DNA of 62,693 nucleotides from a virus. Taxonomy: Duplodnaviria > Caudoviricetes. The notes beneath the pieces are model-generated. The model saw only the letters and a program-made list of their open reading frames with translations. It was not told the origin of the DNA and made no database searches. Position numbers and translations under genes: made by a program. Shown piece after piece: positions 17,655 through 27,545 of this stretch (position 1 is the stretch's first letter; each line of letters opens with the position of its first letter). The DNA lies in IMG/VR virus record IMGVR_UViG_3300049259_000169, positions 1-62,693 of that record. One strand, given 5' to 3'.

Positions 17655-19241
17655 ATGGACGAGGTCGATGAAGAGGTCAATGAAGAGGCCGGCGAAGAGG
17701 CCGAGCGGGATGGTGTGGGTCTTCTCGCGGGGCTGACGCTGATCGAGGAGGGCACCGGCTGGAACGTCTACCTCGACGAGGGCAACGAGTACGTGTACCT
17801 CCAGCACGGGACGGGGCTGAGGCTGGTCGAGTTCGACGAGATCGACCTGGCGGCGGCGTGGAGCGACTTCGAGGGCGGCGGGTTCGACCGGTACAGCACG
17901 TTCCTCGACTGGCTGCGGACGCAGACCTACGAGCCGGACGCCGTCGATGGCGTCGCGTGGTGCGAGGACTGCTGGCGGATCGGGCTCGGCGAGGACATGT
18001 GTTCGGTCGGCGCCAACGGGGACCGCCGTGTCTGCGAGGGGTGCGACGAGGACTACCGGTCCTGCAACCGGTGCGACGGGCGGTTTCAGCACACGACCAC
18101 GACGCTGAGCGAGGAGGAGATCTGCGCACGCTGCCGGGACTCGTACTACTCGTACTGCGAGGAGTGCGACGGCTACTACAACACCGTCGATGCGGGCAAC
18201 CACCGCCACCGAGAGGGGTGCGATCACAATCGCGGTTCCGATTGCGTATCCCCGCAGCTGGAGTTCGCGGTGCGCAACGACGGGGCGGAGCCGCTGGCCA
18301 ACGACCGCGGGGTCACGATCACACTGGCCGCCGGGACGATCACCAACGAGGGGATCGCCGAGATCGCCGACCACTTGCGCAGCGTGGCGCGGAGTCAGCA
18401 GGCCCCGTTCGGAGTGCCCTGCTCGCCGGAGCAGGACGACGCATTCAGCAGGTGGTGGACCCTCGCCGGGGACCTCGAGCCGCTGGGTGCGCAGTGGCAG
18501 ACCAAGGGGGGCAACTACACCAAGCGGCTGAGCCGCCACGCCCACAAGGCGCACGGGCTCAAGATCCCCCCGGACGTGCTGTCCGCAGTGGGCAACATCG
18601 CGTCCGCCCACTCCCAGGCGGTGGACGTGAAGATCTCGGTCACCCGGGACCTGAACATGGACCCGGCGGAGTTCGCCCACGAGGACTCGTGCTGGTGGCA
18701 GAGCTACTACCACGGTCGGTGCGCGCTCAAGACCAACGGCGGGTTCGGCCTCCGCACCTTCGACGACTACGACGTGACCGGCCGGGCGTGGGTGCTCCCG
18801 CTGCGCCAGGTCGCGCCGTACCAGTCGATGAGATCGGTGCCGCGGTGCGGCCGACCCGGGTGTGACGGGTGCCCGACCGAGGTCCGCACCGGTGGTGGCG
18901 ACCTGTCCCCGACGTTCGACACCCTGACCCCGGACGCCTTCGTGGTGTTCAACGGCTACGGCACCCTGTTCGACTACGCCCCAGCCCGGGTGCTGGCCCA
19001 CATGGCGGGGTGGACCTACCGCAAGATCGCGTTCACGTGCTCGCCGATGTACGTGAACGCGGAGGCCGGATACCTGGTCGCGCCGGAGGCGCTGGCCCAG
19101 TCATACACCGACGGGTCGCTGCACATGACGGTCGACCAGCACTCCACCCTGTTCGAGGACGAGCAGGCCGCCCAGTCCTGCAACCACCCCGCCACCGACA
19201 CCAATACCGATACCGACAGTAGGGAGTACGTCCATGCCTGA
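17655..19241 (+). CDS. multi-CxxC Zn-finger protein with a possible PcfJ-like C-terminal domain
   Basis: Five CxxC pairs in the N-terminal half; SCWW...GRAWVLP...VFNGYG in the C-terminal half. Confidence 0.65.
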   Translation: MDEVDEEVNEEAGEEAERDGVGLLAGLTLIEEGTGWNVYLDEGNEYVYLQHGTGLRLVEFDEIDLAAAWSDFEGGGFDRYSTFLDWLRTQTYEPDAVDGVAWCEDCWRIGLGEDMCSVGANGDRRVCEGCDEDYRSCNRCDGRFQHTTTTLSEEEICARCRDSYYSYCEECDGYYNTVDAGNHRHREGCDHNRGSDCVSPQLEFAVRNDGAEPLANDRGVTITLAAGTITNEGIAEIADHLRSVARSQQAPFGVPCSPEQDDAFSRWWTLAGDLEPLGAQWQTKGGNYTKRLSRHAHKAHGLKIPPDVLSAVGNIASAHSQAVDVKISVTRDLNMDPAEFAHEDSCWWQSYYHGRCALKTNGGFGLRTFDDYDVTGRAWVLPLRQVAPYQSMRSVPRCGRPGCDGCPTEVRTGGGDLSPTFDTLTPDAFVVFNGYGTLFDYAPARVLAHMAGWTYRKIAFTCSPMYVNAEAGYLVAPEALAQSYTDGSLHMTVDQHSTLFEDEQAAQSCNHPATDTNTDTDSREYVHA

Positions 19242-20202
19242 CCCCAAGTCCCCGTTCAAGCGGGTGCGCCGCCGCTTCGACAGGCCCGCGCTCAAGCGGG
19301 TGTGCGAGATGCACGAGACGGAGTTCGCCGGCTTCTACGACATGTCGGTTACCGAGGTAACCGAGCAGCCGCACCCGGACAACTTCTACGCCTTCCTCGA
19401 CCGCGGCTCCGACATTCTGGCGGTGGCCCATCTCGACACGGTGATGCCGCACGAGCGGCGGACCGCCAACTTCATCGACACCGCGGCCGGCCCGGTCGTC
19501 TACTCGGGTGCGCTCGACGACCGGCTCGGTGCGTACACCATCCTCGAGCTGCTGCCCAAGCTCGGCGTCAACGTGGACGTGCTGCTCACCGTGGGGGAGG
19601 AGAGCGGCATGTCGACGGGGGCATTCTTCGAGGCCAGCGCGCACCACGACCGGGAGTACAACTGGATGATCGAGTTCGACCGGGGCGGGGTCGACGTCGT
19701 GATGTACCAGTACGAGGACTACGACACCGTCGACCTGGTCCGGGCGGCCGGCGCGAGGGTGGGGTCGGGGTCGTTCTCGGACATCGCGTTCCTCGAGCAC
19801 CTCGAGATCAAGGGGTTCAACTGGGGCGTCGGCTACCAGGACTACCACGGGCCGCGTTCGCACGCGTACCTGGAGGACTACTGGATGATGGTGGGTCACT
19901 TCCTGGAGTTCCACGAGGCCAACGCGGAGGTCTACCTGCCGCATGAGGACGCTGGGTGGTGGGGCCGGTCTCGCTCGCGGTCCAACTGGTGGTCGGGCTA
20001 CGGCGGCTATGGGCTGGATGAGCTGGAGCCGGGTGAGAGCGACCTCGACCCGTACGCCGCCGAGGCTGAGGCGGAGCTGGCCGAGGCCGAGCTCCTCGAC
20101 GAAGCGCTGTTCGAGCGCGAGGTGTTCGACGACGACGTTGTCAGCGACGACTTCAACGTGGTCAACGCGCGGCTCCTCGCGACCGAGACGGTCGACTCAT
20201 GA
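19234..20202 (+). CDS. M20/M28-clan Zn metallopeptidase or amidohydrolase
   Basis: AHLDTV, GALDDRLG, GEESG, IEFDR, SFSDI and VGYQDYH metal-ligand motifs; acidic tail. Confidence 0.8.
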   Translation: MPDPKSPFKRVRRRFDRPALKRVCEMHETEFAGFYDMSVTEVTEQPHPDNFYAFLDRGSDILAVAHLDTVMPHERRTANFIDTAAGPVVYSGALDDRLGAYTILELLPKLGVNVDVLLTVGEESGMSTGAFFEASAHHDREYNWMIEFDRGGVDVVMYQYEDYDTVDLVRAAGARVGSGSFSDIAFLEHLEIKGFNWGVGYQDYHGPRSHAYLEDYWMMVGHFLEFHEANAEVYLPHEDAGWWGRSRSRSNWWSGYGGYGLDELEPGESDLDPYAAEAEAELAEAELLDEALFEREVFDDDVVSDDFNVVNARLLATETVDS

Positions 20203-20462
20203 ACCGCTATCCGACTGAGGCGGCGGACGGCACGCCGCACCTGTCCTACTTCGCGGGCGACACGTCGTTCGTCTGGTCGGGCAGCGCGGAGCGTCCGGTC
20301 CAGGTGTGCCCCGGTGGCTACGGCGAGCCAGTGCGCGACACGTTCTGGCTGGGGCTTCGTCCCGGCGGACTGGACCGGGGGTGGCGAGTGCCCTTGCACA
20401 TCATGCTCGACGAGTTCCGACGGGCATGTGAGCAGTACCTGCACGAGAGGAGCGAGACATGA
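20199..20462 (+). CDS. hypothetical protein
   Basis: ATGA overlaps on both sides. Confidence 0.65.
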   Translation: MNRYPTEAADGTPHLSYFAGDTSFVWSGSAERPVQVCPGGYGEPVRDTFWLGLRPGGLDRGWRVPLHIMLDEFRRACEQYLHERSET

Positions 20463-20926
20463 ACGGCGGCCGGGCCCGGCATCCCTTCGAGCCACCGCCC
20501 ACCTCCGAGTGGGGCGACATCTGCTGGGCGCGGGTCGAGGATGGCCGGTGCGGCTGGCCGGCGGCGGACCACGGCGGAGAGATGAACGCGCTGGAGTCGG
20601 CGATCGACGCGGCGCTGGCCGAGTACGACTGGATCACCGACGAGACTCGGGAGTCGATGGCCGAGCACCTCGCCGCGGTCGTGGACGTGGTGCCGGTGAT
20701 GCCGCAGATCCCCGGCAACGGGTCGATGGACGGGGTCACCCCGATCCTCTTTTTCGAGGCGGGGTCGCGAGCGATGGCACACCTGTCCACCTCCCTCGCC
20801 GCCGCCCAGGTGCACCGCGAGAGCATCCGGGTCACGATCGACGACGGCCTGCTCAAGTGGAAGGTCGGCGAGGACCGGTGGAGCTCCGGCTACCCGACCG
20901 AACGACCGAACGGAGGGAACGGATGA
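20459..20926 (+). CDS. hypothetical protein
   Basis: AGGAG RBS; ATGA overlaps. Confidence 0.65.
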   Translation: MNGGRARHPFEPPPTSEWGDICWARVEDGRCGWPAADHGGEMNALESAIDAALAEYDWITDETRESMAEHLAAVVDVVPVMPQIPGNGSMDGVTPILFFEAGSRAMAHLSTSLAAAQVHRESIRVTIDDGLLKWKVGEDRWSSGYPTERPNGGNG

Positions 20927-21227
20927 GCGAGGTGCTGATGACCTACGTGACGCGCGCGCTCGATGCCGTGCTTGATGCGAGCGAGGGGAACGGCGGGTCC
21001 TACACCTGCTACGAGGCGGACGAGAGATCGCAGACCTGTTCGAGCACGTCGGCCGGCACACGGACGCCGACGAGTTCCTGCTCAACCATGCGATGGGTGA
21101 CGACGAAGGCGACAGCCACCACGCCTGTTCGCAGTGCACCGAGGCGTTGGCGGAGGAGCACGGCATGTGCGGGTCGTGCCTGCACGACGCGAAGCGCTCG
21201 GGCTGGGAGCCGGGGACCGATGGCTAG
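20923..21227 (+). pseudogene. hypothetical protein with an apparent +2 frameshift at GAGAGA (21022-21027)
   Basis: Removing one GA gives YTCYEADEIADLFEHVG...HAMGDDEGDSH...CxxC...CxxC with GC3-rich codons. Confidence 0.6.
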
Positions 21228-21399
21228 GCCCGTGGCCTGCGCCCACGTGCGGCGAGACGCGCCGCACGTGGGCGCTGTGGAGGCGGATCGTCGACCTCGG
21301 CAGGCCCGTCGTCTGCTGCTTGATCGAGGGCCTCGACGACTGAGTTACCCGGGTAACCGAGAGACAATGTGTGAATCATCGACAACGAACGGAGTGGAG

Positions 21400-21825
21400 A
21401 TGGCGATCAGCGAGGAGGAGCTCCAAGCGGTGCGCGAGCAGCTGCGCCTGGCGCTCGAGAAGAAGGGTGAGGGGTATGTGTACACGGAACCGCTGGTTCC
21501 GTTCTTCAACGAGGAGACTGGCGAGACCGAGCTGATGCGGGCGGACGAGTGCCAGTACACGGAGCCCGACGGCGACGGCGGGCTCCGTGCCTCATGCCTG
21601 TGGGGGCACGTCCTGGTCGGGCTCGGCTTCGAGATCGACGCCCTCTCCAAGATGGAGGGGGCCGGCATCGCCGACCTGGGCGTGCCGTGGAATGACGAGG
21701 TCATCTCGGCCGCGGCGAAGTGCAGCCAGCAGGTGCAGGACCGGGGCTGGTCCTGGGGGGCGGCGGTCGAGGTCTTCGAGGCCGTCATCAGGGACGAGGG
21801 CGAGACCAGGGGAGTGGACCTATGA
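21400..21825 (+). CDS. hypothetical protein
   Basis: GAACGGAG upstream; CQY....SCLWGHVL motif. Confidence 0.75.
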   Translation: MAISEEELQAVREQLRLALEKKGEGYVYTEPLVPFFNEETGETELMRADECQYTEPDGDGGLRASCLWGHVLVGLGFEIDALSKMEGAGIADLGVPWNDEVISAAAKCSQQVQDRGWSWGAAVEVFEAVIRDEGETRGVDL

Positions 21826-22223
21826 GGTTCGAGATGGACATTCCGATCGGCGGCGACACGTTGGCCGATGACGAGTGCGGTTCAGGCGAGCTCGGCCGGC
21901 TGTTGCAGGTCGCGCAGTTCGCGGTGCTGACGAACAAGCTGGCGCGGGCAGGTGACGTGCTGACCCTGCTGGACGCGAACGGGGCCGTGGCGGGCACCGC
22001 CCGGATGGTCCCGGACTGGGCGGTGGACGACTTGGTGTGGGTGACCACCGCCGAGGGGTCGTTGCTCAAGTCGGTGATCGCGCTGGTGGCGCCGCAGGGC
22101 GCCGACTACACCGTGGTGCGGTGCCGGTTTCTGGCGTCGCACGAGCTGTTGTCCGCCGTGGTGGTGGACCACCACGGGCGTGACCACAAGGGCCGGCCGG
22201 TGTTGTCGCGGGTGCCGTCGTGA
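21822..22223 (+). CDS. hypothetical protein
   Basis: GGAG RBS; overlapping start and stop codons. Confidence 0.65.
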   Translation: MRFEMDIPIGGDTLADDECGSGELGRLLQVAQFAVLTNKLARAGDVLTLLDANGAVAGTARMVPDWAVDDLVWVTTAEGSLLKSVIALVAPQGADYTVVRCRFLASHELLSAVVVDHHGRDHKGRPVLSRVPS

Positions 22224-22579
22224 ACCGCGAGGACGACCGGGTCTCCCGGCTCTGGCTGTCGCACATGGTCGAGCCGGGAGACCCCTCCGTGGTCTCGGAG
22301 GTCCCGCTGTCGACAGCGGCGTCCCGGCGACGGTTCCTCGCGCGCAACCGGCTGATCGCCGCGCTGTCGTGCGGCATGGTGGTGGTCGAGGCTGCGGTCA
22401 GGTCGGGGGCGATCAACGCCGCGGGCTGGGCGTCGGGCATCGGGTCACCGGTGTACGGGGTGCCGGGACCGGTCACCAGCGCGGCGTCGCAGGGTGTGCA
22501 CCAGCTGATCCGCGCAGGTGCGGCGGGGCTAGTGACCTCGGGTGAGGACGTGCTCGAGGCGCTGGAGATGCTGGCATGA
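22220..22579 (+). CDS. truncated DprA/Smf-like protein
   Basis: RFLARNRLIAALS.GMVVVEAAVRSGA and VPGPVTSAASQGVHQLIR match the DprA C-terminal half. Confidence 0.75.
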   Translation: MNREDDRVSRLWLSHMVEPGDPSVVSEVPLSTAASRRRFLARNRLIAALSCGMVVVEAAVRSGAINAAGWASGIGSPVYGVPGPVTSAASQGVHQLIRAGAAGLVTSGEDVLEALEMLA

Positions 22580-23351
22580 GCGACCAGCGTTTGCCCGAGA
22601 AAGACGTGCTCCGCCTCGACCAGGTCGTGGCGATGGAGTACGAGGGCTATCTGCGCTCCGATGGCCTCGACCCCGCGTGGGTCGCTGGGTGGCACGCCGC
22701 GATTAACCACGCGGTCCACGCGCTCCGCAAGCACTTGGGGGGGACGCATGAGCGAACGCCCGAGAACGACTACACGCCGTGCCCGCTCACCGACATGGGC
22801 CTACCGCACTCAGAGCACTGGTGGCAGTCGCGTGACGGCGACGGTCGGACTCGCCTGAACTGCCGAGGGATAGACAAGTTCCTCTCGGACCGGACGCTGA
22901 GCAGTCCGCCCGAAGAGGGGGTCACCGATGGCTGAGCCAGTGATCCCAGAGGAACTCGCGACGGCATCGGTGGACCGGCTGCTCACCCTGTTCGCCCACC
23001 TGGTGCACCGCATCCACGCCTACGAACTGGAGCACGGGCGCAACACGGCGACGATGGACCGGGGGAAGCGGGACGTGGTGCGCCGGGAGATCCTGCGCCG
23101 ATGCGACGAGGTGGGTCGGTGATCCGCCTGTACGGAGGCAGTGTCCGTGATGTGGTGACGTCGATCGTGCCATTGCCCCCGGTGGTGCAGCGGGCCACGG
23201 ACGACGTCGCGTTGCGGGTGACGAACGCGGACGGCCACTCGGCCGTCCGCTACTACCGGTCGGGCATGAGCGCGTACCTCCTCGCGAGGTACGCGCTGCC
23301 GACCAGCGAGTCCGGCCTGCTGTGGCAGGTCGAGAGAACGGAGGGGTGACC

Positions 23352-23981
23352 ATGGGATACGACATGACGATGGTCCAGCGGGACGAGTCGCTGGACGCCG
23401 AGCTCGCCGCGGCTACGGCCGCGTTCGACGCTGCGGTCAGGGAGCGGGAGGGGTTCGAGCGTGGTACCCCGGAGCGGGACACCGCGCAGGCTGCGGTGTC
23501 GACGGCGTTCGCGGCGAGGGAGAAGGCAGACCTGAACTACTTCCGGCTGAACATCTGGGACATGGGCCATGCTCGGGATGACATGGACGCGCTGGGAATG
23601 CTGGCCACCGAGTACTCCCAGCCGCCGTGGCCGCTGCCGGCCGAGTTCGGGATCACCCAGGACGAGTGGTGGAACTACGACCACGACTTGCCGACCACCG
23701 ACGAGCGCCTCCTCAAGATGCAGGCCGCGGTCGACGCCATGCTCTCGTGGTCCCCTCCGGACGAGCCCGGCATCCCGATGCACAAGCTCGGGAGCAACGA
23801 CGGCTGGGTTGTCACGGCTCTCGATCTGACGGGTGCGCTCGCGCTCTACGACAGAGCGCCGATCCACGAGCGGGAACGGGTGCGCGACTCGTGGGTCGGC
23901 GACGACGGAGGCTGCTACTGGGACGAGTGGATCGCCTTCCTTCGCAGGGCCGAGGCGCTGGCCGGCTTCCGGGTGTACTGA
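23352..23981 (+). CDS. phage hypothetical protein
   Basis: GAACGGAGG upstream; NYFRLNIW.M and GIP.HKL.SNDGW.VT motifs. Confidence 0.75.
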   Translation: MGYDMTMVQRDESLDAELAAATAAFDAAVREREGFERGTPERDTAQAAVSTAFAAREKADLNYFRLNIWDMGHARDDMDALGMLATEYSQPPWPLPAEFGITQDEWWNYDHDLPTTDERLLKMQAAVDAMLSWSPPDEPGIPMHKLGSNDGWVVTALDLTGALALYDRAPIHERERVRDSWVGDDGGCYWDEWIAFLRRAEALAGFRVY

Positions 23982-24192
23982 TGACGTACCCGGCAGATGT
24001 GCAGGCCGCGCTGGACCATGCGGCCACCGAGGGTTGGACGATCGAGCGGTACCAGGCGGTGCTCGGTATCGCGCTGCACCACCTCGAAGGAGCAGGCTGC
24101 ACAGAAGGTGTCGCCGCCGACTAACCTGCCTGCCCGTGCTAGCCTGACGGTCTCGGCAGACAGTACCCGAGACGGAGAGAACGGAGAGCCTG

Positions 24193-24519
24193 ATGGACGA
24201 TCCTTTGGGTGACCAGCTGGCGATGCTGGCGGTGCCACTGACGACCCTTGCGGTGCTCGTGGTCGACGCGATCGAAGCGCACCGACGGATGGTCGACGCT
24301 GGCGGTCACGACGTGAGGGTGCGGCTGCTGATGGCCCAGTCGGGGTCGGTGTGGGGGATGCGCCGCTGGGGCGAGGGCGCGCTGACGGTGGACCAGGCGA
24401 TCGACGGTCCGTCGATCGAGCGCGACGCCCGCCAGTGGCTGGCCGACCACCCGGCCGAGATGGCCGAGTACGAGCAGATGCTCGCGGCGTACGCCGACGA
24501 GCAAGTGAGGGGAGAGTGA
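24193..24519 (+). CDS. hypothetical protein
   Basis: GAACGGAGA upstream. Confidence 0.65.
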   Translation: MDDPLGDQLAMLAVPLTTLAVLVVDAIEAHRRMVDAGGHDVRVRLLMAQSGSVWGMRRWGEGALTVDQAIDGPSIERDARQWLADHPAEMAEYEQMLAAYADEQVRGE

Positions 24520-24869
24520 TGGGCAGAGCAGCAGGCCGGTCGGCGAAGCGTCCGGCGCACAAGGTGCAGTTCGGGACGCCGCCACCGCAGCGCCGGGACT
24601 ACCACTGGACGGAGGTGGCCGAGCAGCTCCGGGCGCAGCCCGGGGTGTGGGCCAAGGTCCACGCGGACCTGCCGTCGTCGGTGGTGTGGACGATCAACCG
24701 GGGCAGGGTCGCCCCGGTGGCGCCACACCGGGGGTTCGAGACCCGGACGGTGGGCAACAGGCCCGACGAGAAGGGCAAGCGGTGGTGCGCCGAGCTGTGG
24801 ATGGTGTACCTGCCGGAGAACGACACGACGCTGGAGAAGAAGGCCAAGCGGAACGGAGCGAAGACATGA
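24519..24869 (+). CDS. hypothetical basic protein
   Basis: TGATG overlap; W..VAEQLRAQPG.WAKV motif. Confidence 0.65.
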   Translation: MGRAAGRSAKRPAHKVQFGTPPPQRRDYHWTEVAEQLRAQPGVWAKVHADLPSSVVWTINRGRVAPVAPHRGFETRTVGNRPDEKGKRWCAELWMVYLPENDTTLEKKAKRNGAKT

Positions 24870-25384
24870 CGGAGACGGCGAGTGATGCGGTGCTCGAGCA
24901 GGTGGCCGGCCAGACCTACCACCAGCAGATGCTCAACGCCTATTGGCAGGCGGGCGAGCAGATCACCCTGAACGCGTTGGTGATGCTGTGCCTGGCGGCG
25001 AGGCGGTTCGACGGGCGGGTCAAGTACGTGATCCTCGACGACTCGGACCAGGGCGACTGGCAGTGCGTGGCGGGTCTGTGCGCCGCGCTGCCGATGCGGC
25101 CGGGCGACTACTCGGAGGTCTCGGACCTCGACGAGGACGACGAGTTCGACGACGAGGGCTGGGCGTCGTCGGTCGACGACCGGACCGAGCACTCATGGGG
25201 TCCGTACCTGGTGCTCTCGGAGGCGATGCCGCACTGGAAGTTCCTCGACGTGGACCGAGTACTGGCCGAGGTGCACCTGCCGTGGCGCCCGGTTACTCAG
25301 GTAACCCAGAAGTTCACGGACTTGCCCACCGGATTCCACGACAACAAACGCGAGCGTGACGCCAACACCGTCGGAGGTGCCTGA
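24866..25384 (+). CDS. acidic hypothetical protein
   Basis: GAACGGAG upstream; ATGA overlap. Confidence 0.6.
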   Translation: MTETASDAVLEQVAGQTYHQQMLNAYWQAGEQITLNALVMLCLAARRFDGRVKYVILDDSDQGDWQCVAGLCAALPMRPGDYSEVSDLDEDDEFDDEGWASSVDDRTEHSWGPYLVLSEAMPHWKFLDVDRVLAEVHLPWRPVTQVTQKFTDLPTGFHDNKRERDANTVGGA

Positions 25385-25878
25385 TGTCGGGTGAGACCGT
25401 GGTCTGCGTGGTCGGCAATCTGGTCGACGATCCGGAGCTGAGGTTCACGCCGAGCGGTGCGGCGGTGTCGAACTTCCGGATCGCGTCGACTCCGCGGATC
25501 TTCGACAGGCAGTCCAACGAGTGGCGGGATGGCGACCCGCTGTTCTTGTCGTGCTCGGTCTGGCGGCAAGCGGCGGAGAACGTGGCGGAGTCGCTGACCC
25601 GGGGGATGCGGGTGATCGTGCAGGGCCGGCTCAAGCAACGTTCCTACGAGACCCGTGACGGTGAGAAGCGGACGGTGGTGGAGCTCGACGTGGACGAGGT
25701 CGGCCCGTCGCTGGCGTTCGCGAGCGCAAAGGTGACCAAGACGTCTCGTCAGGCTGGCGGGGGCGGGGGTTCACGGCCCCAGCAGGGTTCCGGTGGGAGC
25801 CAGGCAGGTGGTGACCCCTGGAGTGCGCCAGCGGGCGGCGCTGATCCGTGGAGTGGTGGCGATGAGCCTCCCTTCTGA
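25384..25878 (+). CDS. ssb: single-stranded DNA-binding protein
   Basis: [16 protein letters not shown], Gly-rich linker and DEPPF tail (actinobacterial type). Confidence 0.95.
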   Translation: MSGETVVCVVGNLVDDPELRFTPSGAAVSNFRIASTPRIFDRQSNEWRDGDPLFLSCSVWRQAAENVAESLTRGMRVIVQGRLKQRSYETRDGEKRTVVELDVDEVGPSLAFASAKVTKTSRQAGGGGGSRPQQGSGGSQAGGDPWSAPAGGADPWSGGDEPPF

Positions 25879-26872
25879 AGTGACGCCCGAGTTTGACCAG
25901 ATCGCCGAGTGGCTCGGGGACATGCCCGAGGCGTACAACGTCACGGACTACGCCAACGAGCAGGCGACCTCCATTGACATTGACGTGGAGGCCTTGGCTC
26001 ACCGGATCGTCGAGCGTATCGGCACACGTCAGTTCCGGGCGCGCGTCGAGGCAGCGCTTCCCGAGTGCACCAAGGTTGGTGGTTGCGCGTCCGTACCCGC
26101 CATGCCGCGTAGCGAATGGTGTGTCACTTGCTGCGTCCGCGCGGCCTTTGACGAGGGCGTTCTGGAGGCTGACCATGATGGCTAGCCGTCGGGTGGTATT
26201 GGGTGCCGTCGCGCTCGGCGTGGTCACGGCTTCCGTGGCGCGTCGCCTCGCTCCAGCGGTCGCTGCCACGCCACAGTTCCGCGAGGCGCGAGGTCGCGCT
26301 GACCGCGCTCTCCACGTCCTGCGGGGGCGACCGATCATGTACCGGCTGCGCGTGGAGGACGGCTCGATCCACATCGAGGACGACTACGCACGCATCGACA
26401 CCGTCACTGTGATCGGTGGACCGCCGCGAGTCGCGATGACCGATATCGAGGCGATCCTCGCCGACGCGCTGGACCGCGCTCGGGAGGTCGTCCACCAGTC
26501 GTCGGCGATCTACGTCGGTGCAACCGCTCCACCTGCAAAGGGGTCGTCCGATGGCTGATCCTCAGGCCGAGAGCGACGTGCAGGTCTGCGCGGTGTGCGA
26601 GCTTCCCATCGTGCGCCGTGACGAGCCCGGACTCTGGCCGTGGGCGCACACCGAGCCCGCCAACCACATGGCCTATCCGCCCGGAGGGCGTACCTAGAGA
26701 ACGGCCGGCGGCCTCCGCTGAGTGGGCCGCCGGAAGTGAGGGCACTGCTGGCCTCCCAGCTCTCACTGCCCCCGCGTCGCGGACCCCGGGTATGACGGGG
26801 TCCGCGCCGGGGGTCACCCCGGCAGCGAACTTCCCGGCCGACGAGCGGCCGGGTGAACGAGAGGACAGCAAC

Positions 26873-27040
26873 ATGGCGCGTTACGAGGTGAAGCGGACGG
26901 TTGAGGAGATCGACGACCTCCTCAACGCGGTCATCGAGGACGAGGGTCCCCGCTTCCCGGGCATGACGTTCGAGCAGGGACTCAAGGACGGGATCGACTG
27001 GGTGACCGGCGAGACCGACGAGCACCCGCTCGGCGAGTAG
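26873..27040 (+). CDS. small acidic protein
   Basis: GAGAGGA RBS; RFPGMTFEQGL.DGIDW.TG motif. Confidence 0.7.
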   Translation: MARYEVKRTVEEIDDLLNAVIEDEGPRFPGMTFEQGLKDGIDWVTGETDEHPLGE

Positions 27041-27070
27041 CACACCACCAACAGGAAGAAGGACAGCATC

Positions 27071-27343
27071 ATGGGAGTGAAGAAGGCAGAGTCGCAGCGC
27101 AAGACCGCGGCCGAGCGGGCGCAGGAGCAGCTGGACACGGCGGACCGGGTGATCGCCCGGTTGGTCAAGCGGGTGGAGGCGGCCAAGGCCGACGTGGTGA
27201 CGCTCGAGGACGAGCTCGAGGCTGCGCGGGCGCGGCGGGACTACCTCGCGCAGAACCCGGCGCTGCTGCCGGAGCGGCGAGTCGACACCCCGATCCCGGG
27301 CGTCGACTCGCCCGATCCGGCCGGCTCGACCGAGGAGGGCTGA
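27071..27343 (+). CDS. coiled-coil hypothetical protein
   Basis: Heptad pattern; AAGGA RBS. Confidence 0.7.
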   Translation: MGVKKAESQRKTAAERAQEQLDTADRVIARLVKRVEAAKADVVTLEDELEAARARRDYLAQNPALLPERRVDTPIPGVDSPDPAGSTEEG

Positions 27344-27545
27344 GATGTCGGGCGGCCAGCTGGCGGCGATCGCCTTCGTGGGCGTCTTCCTGGTCGGCCT
27401 CTACGTGGGCTGGACGGCGGCGCTGCTGACCCGCTGAACCCCGGTGGGGTGGGGGTGTTCCGAGAGTCACTGCCCCACCGGTTACCCGAGTAACCCAGCG
27501 CCCGTCCGGAGTTGGGCAACGTTGGACAACCAGAAGGGAACACCC

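Noticed and set aside
17655-19241. COOH-NH2 amidoligase call
   Set aside because: The Zn-finger N-terminus fits, but no GxExE, DGS or CGxHxH catalytic motifs were found.
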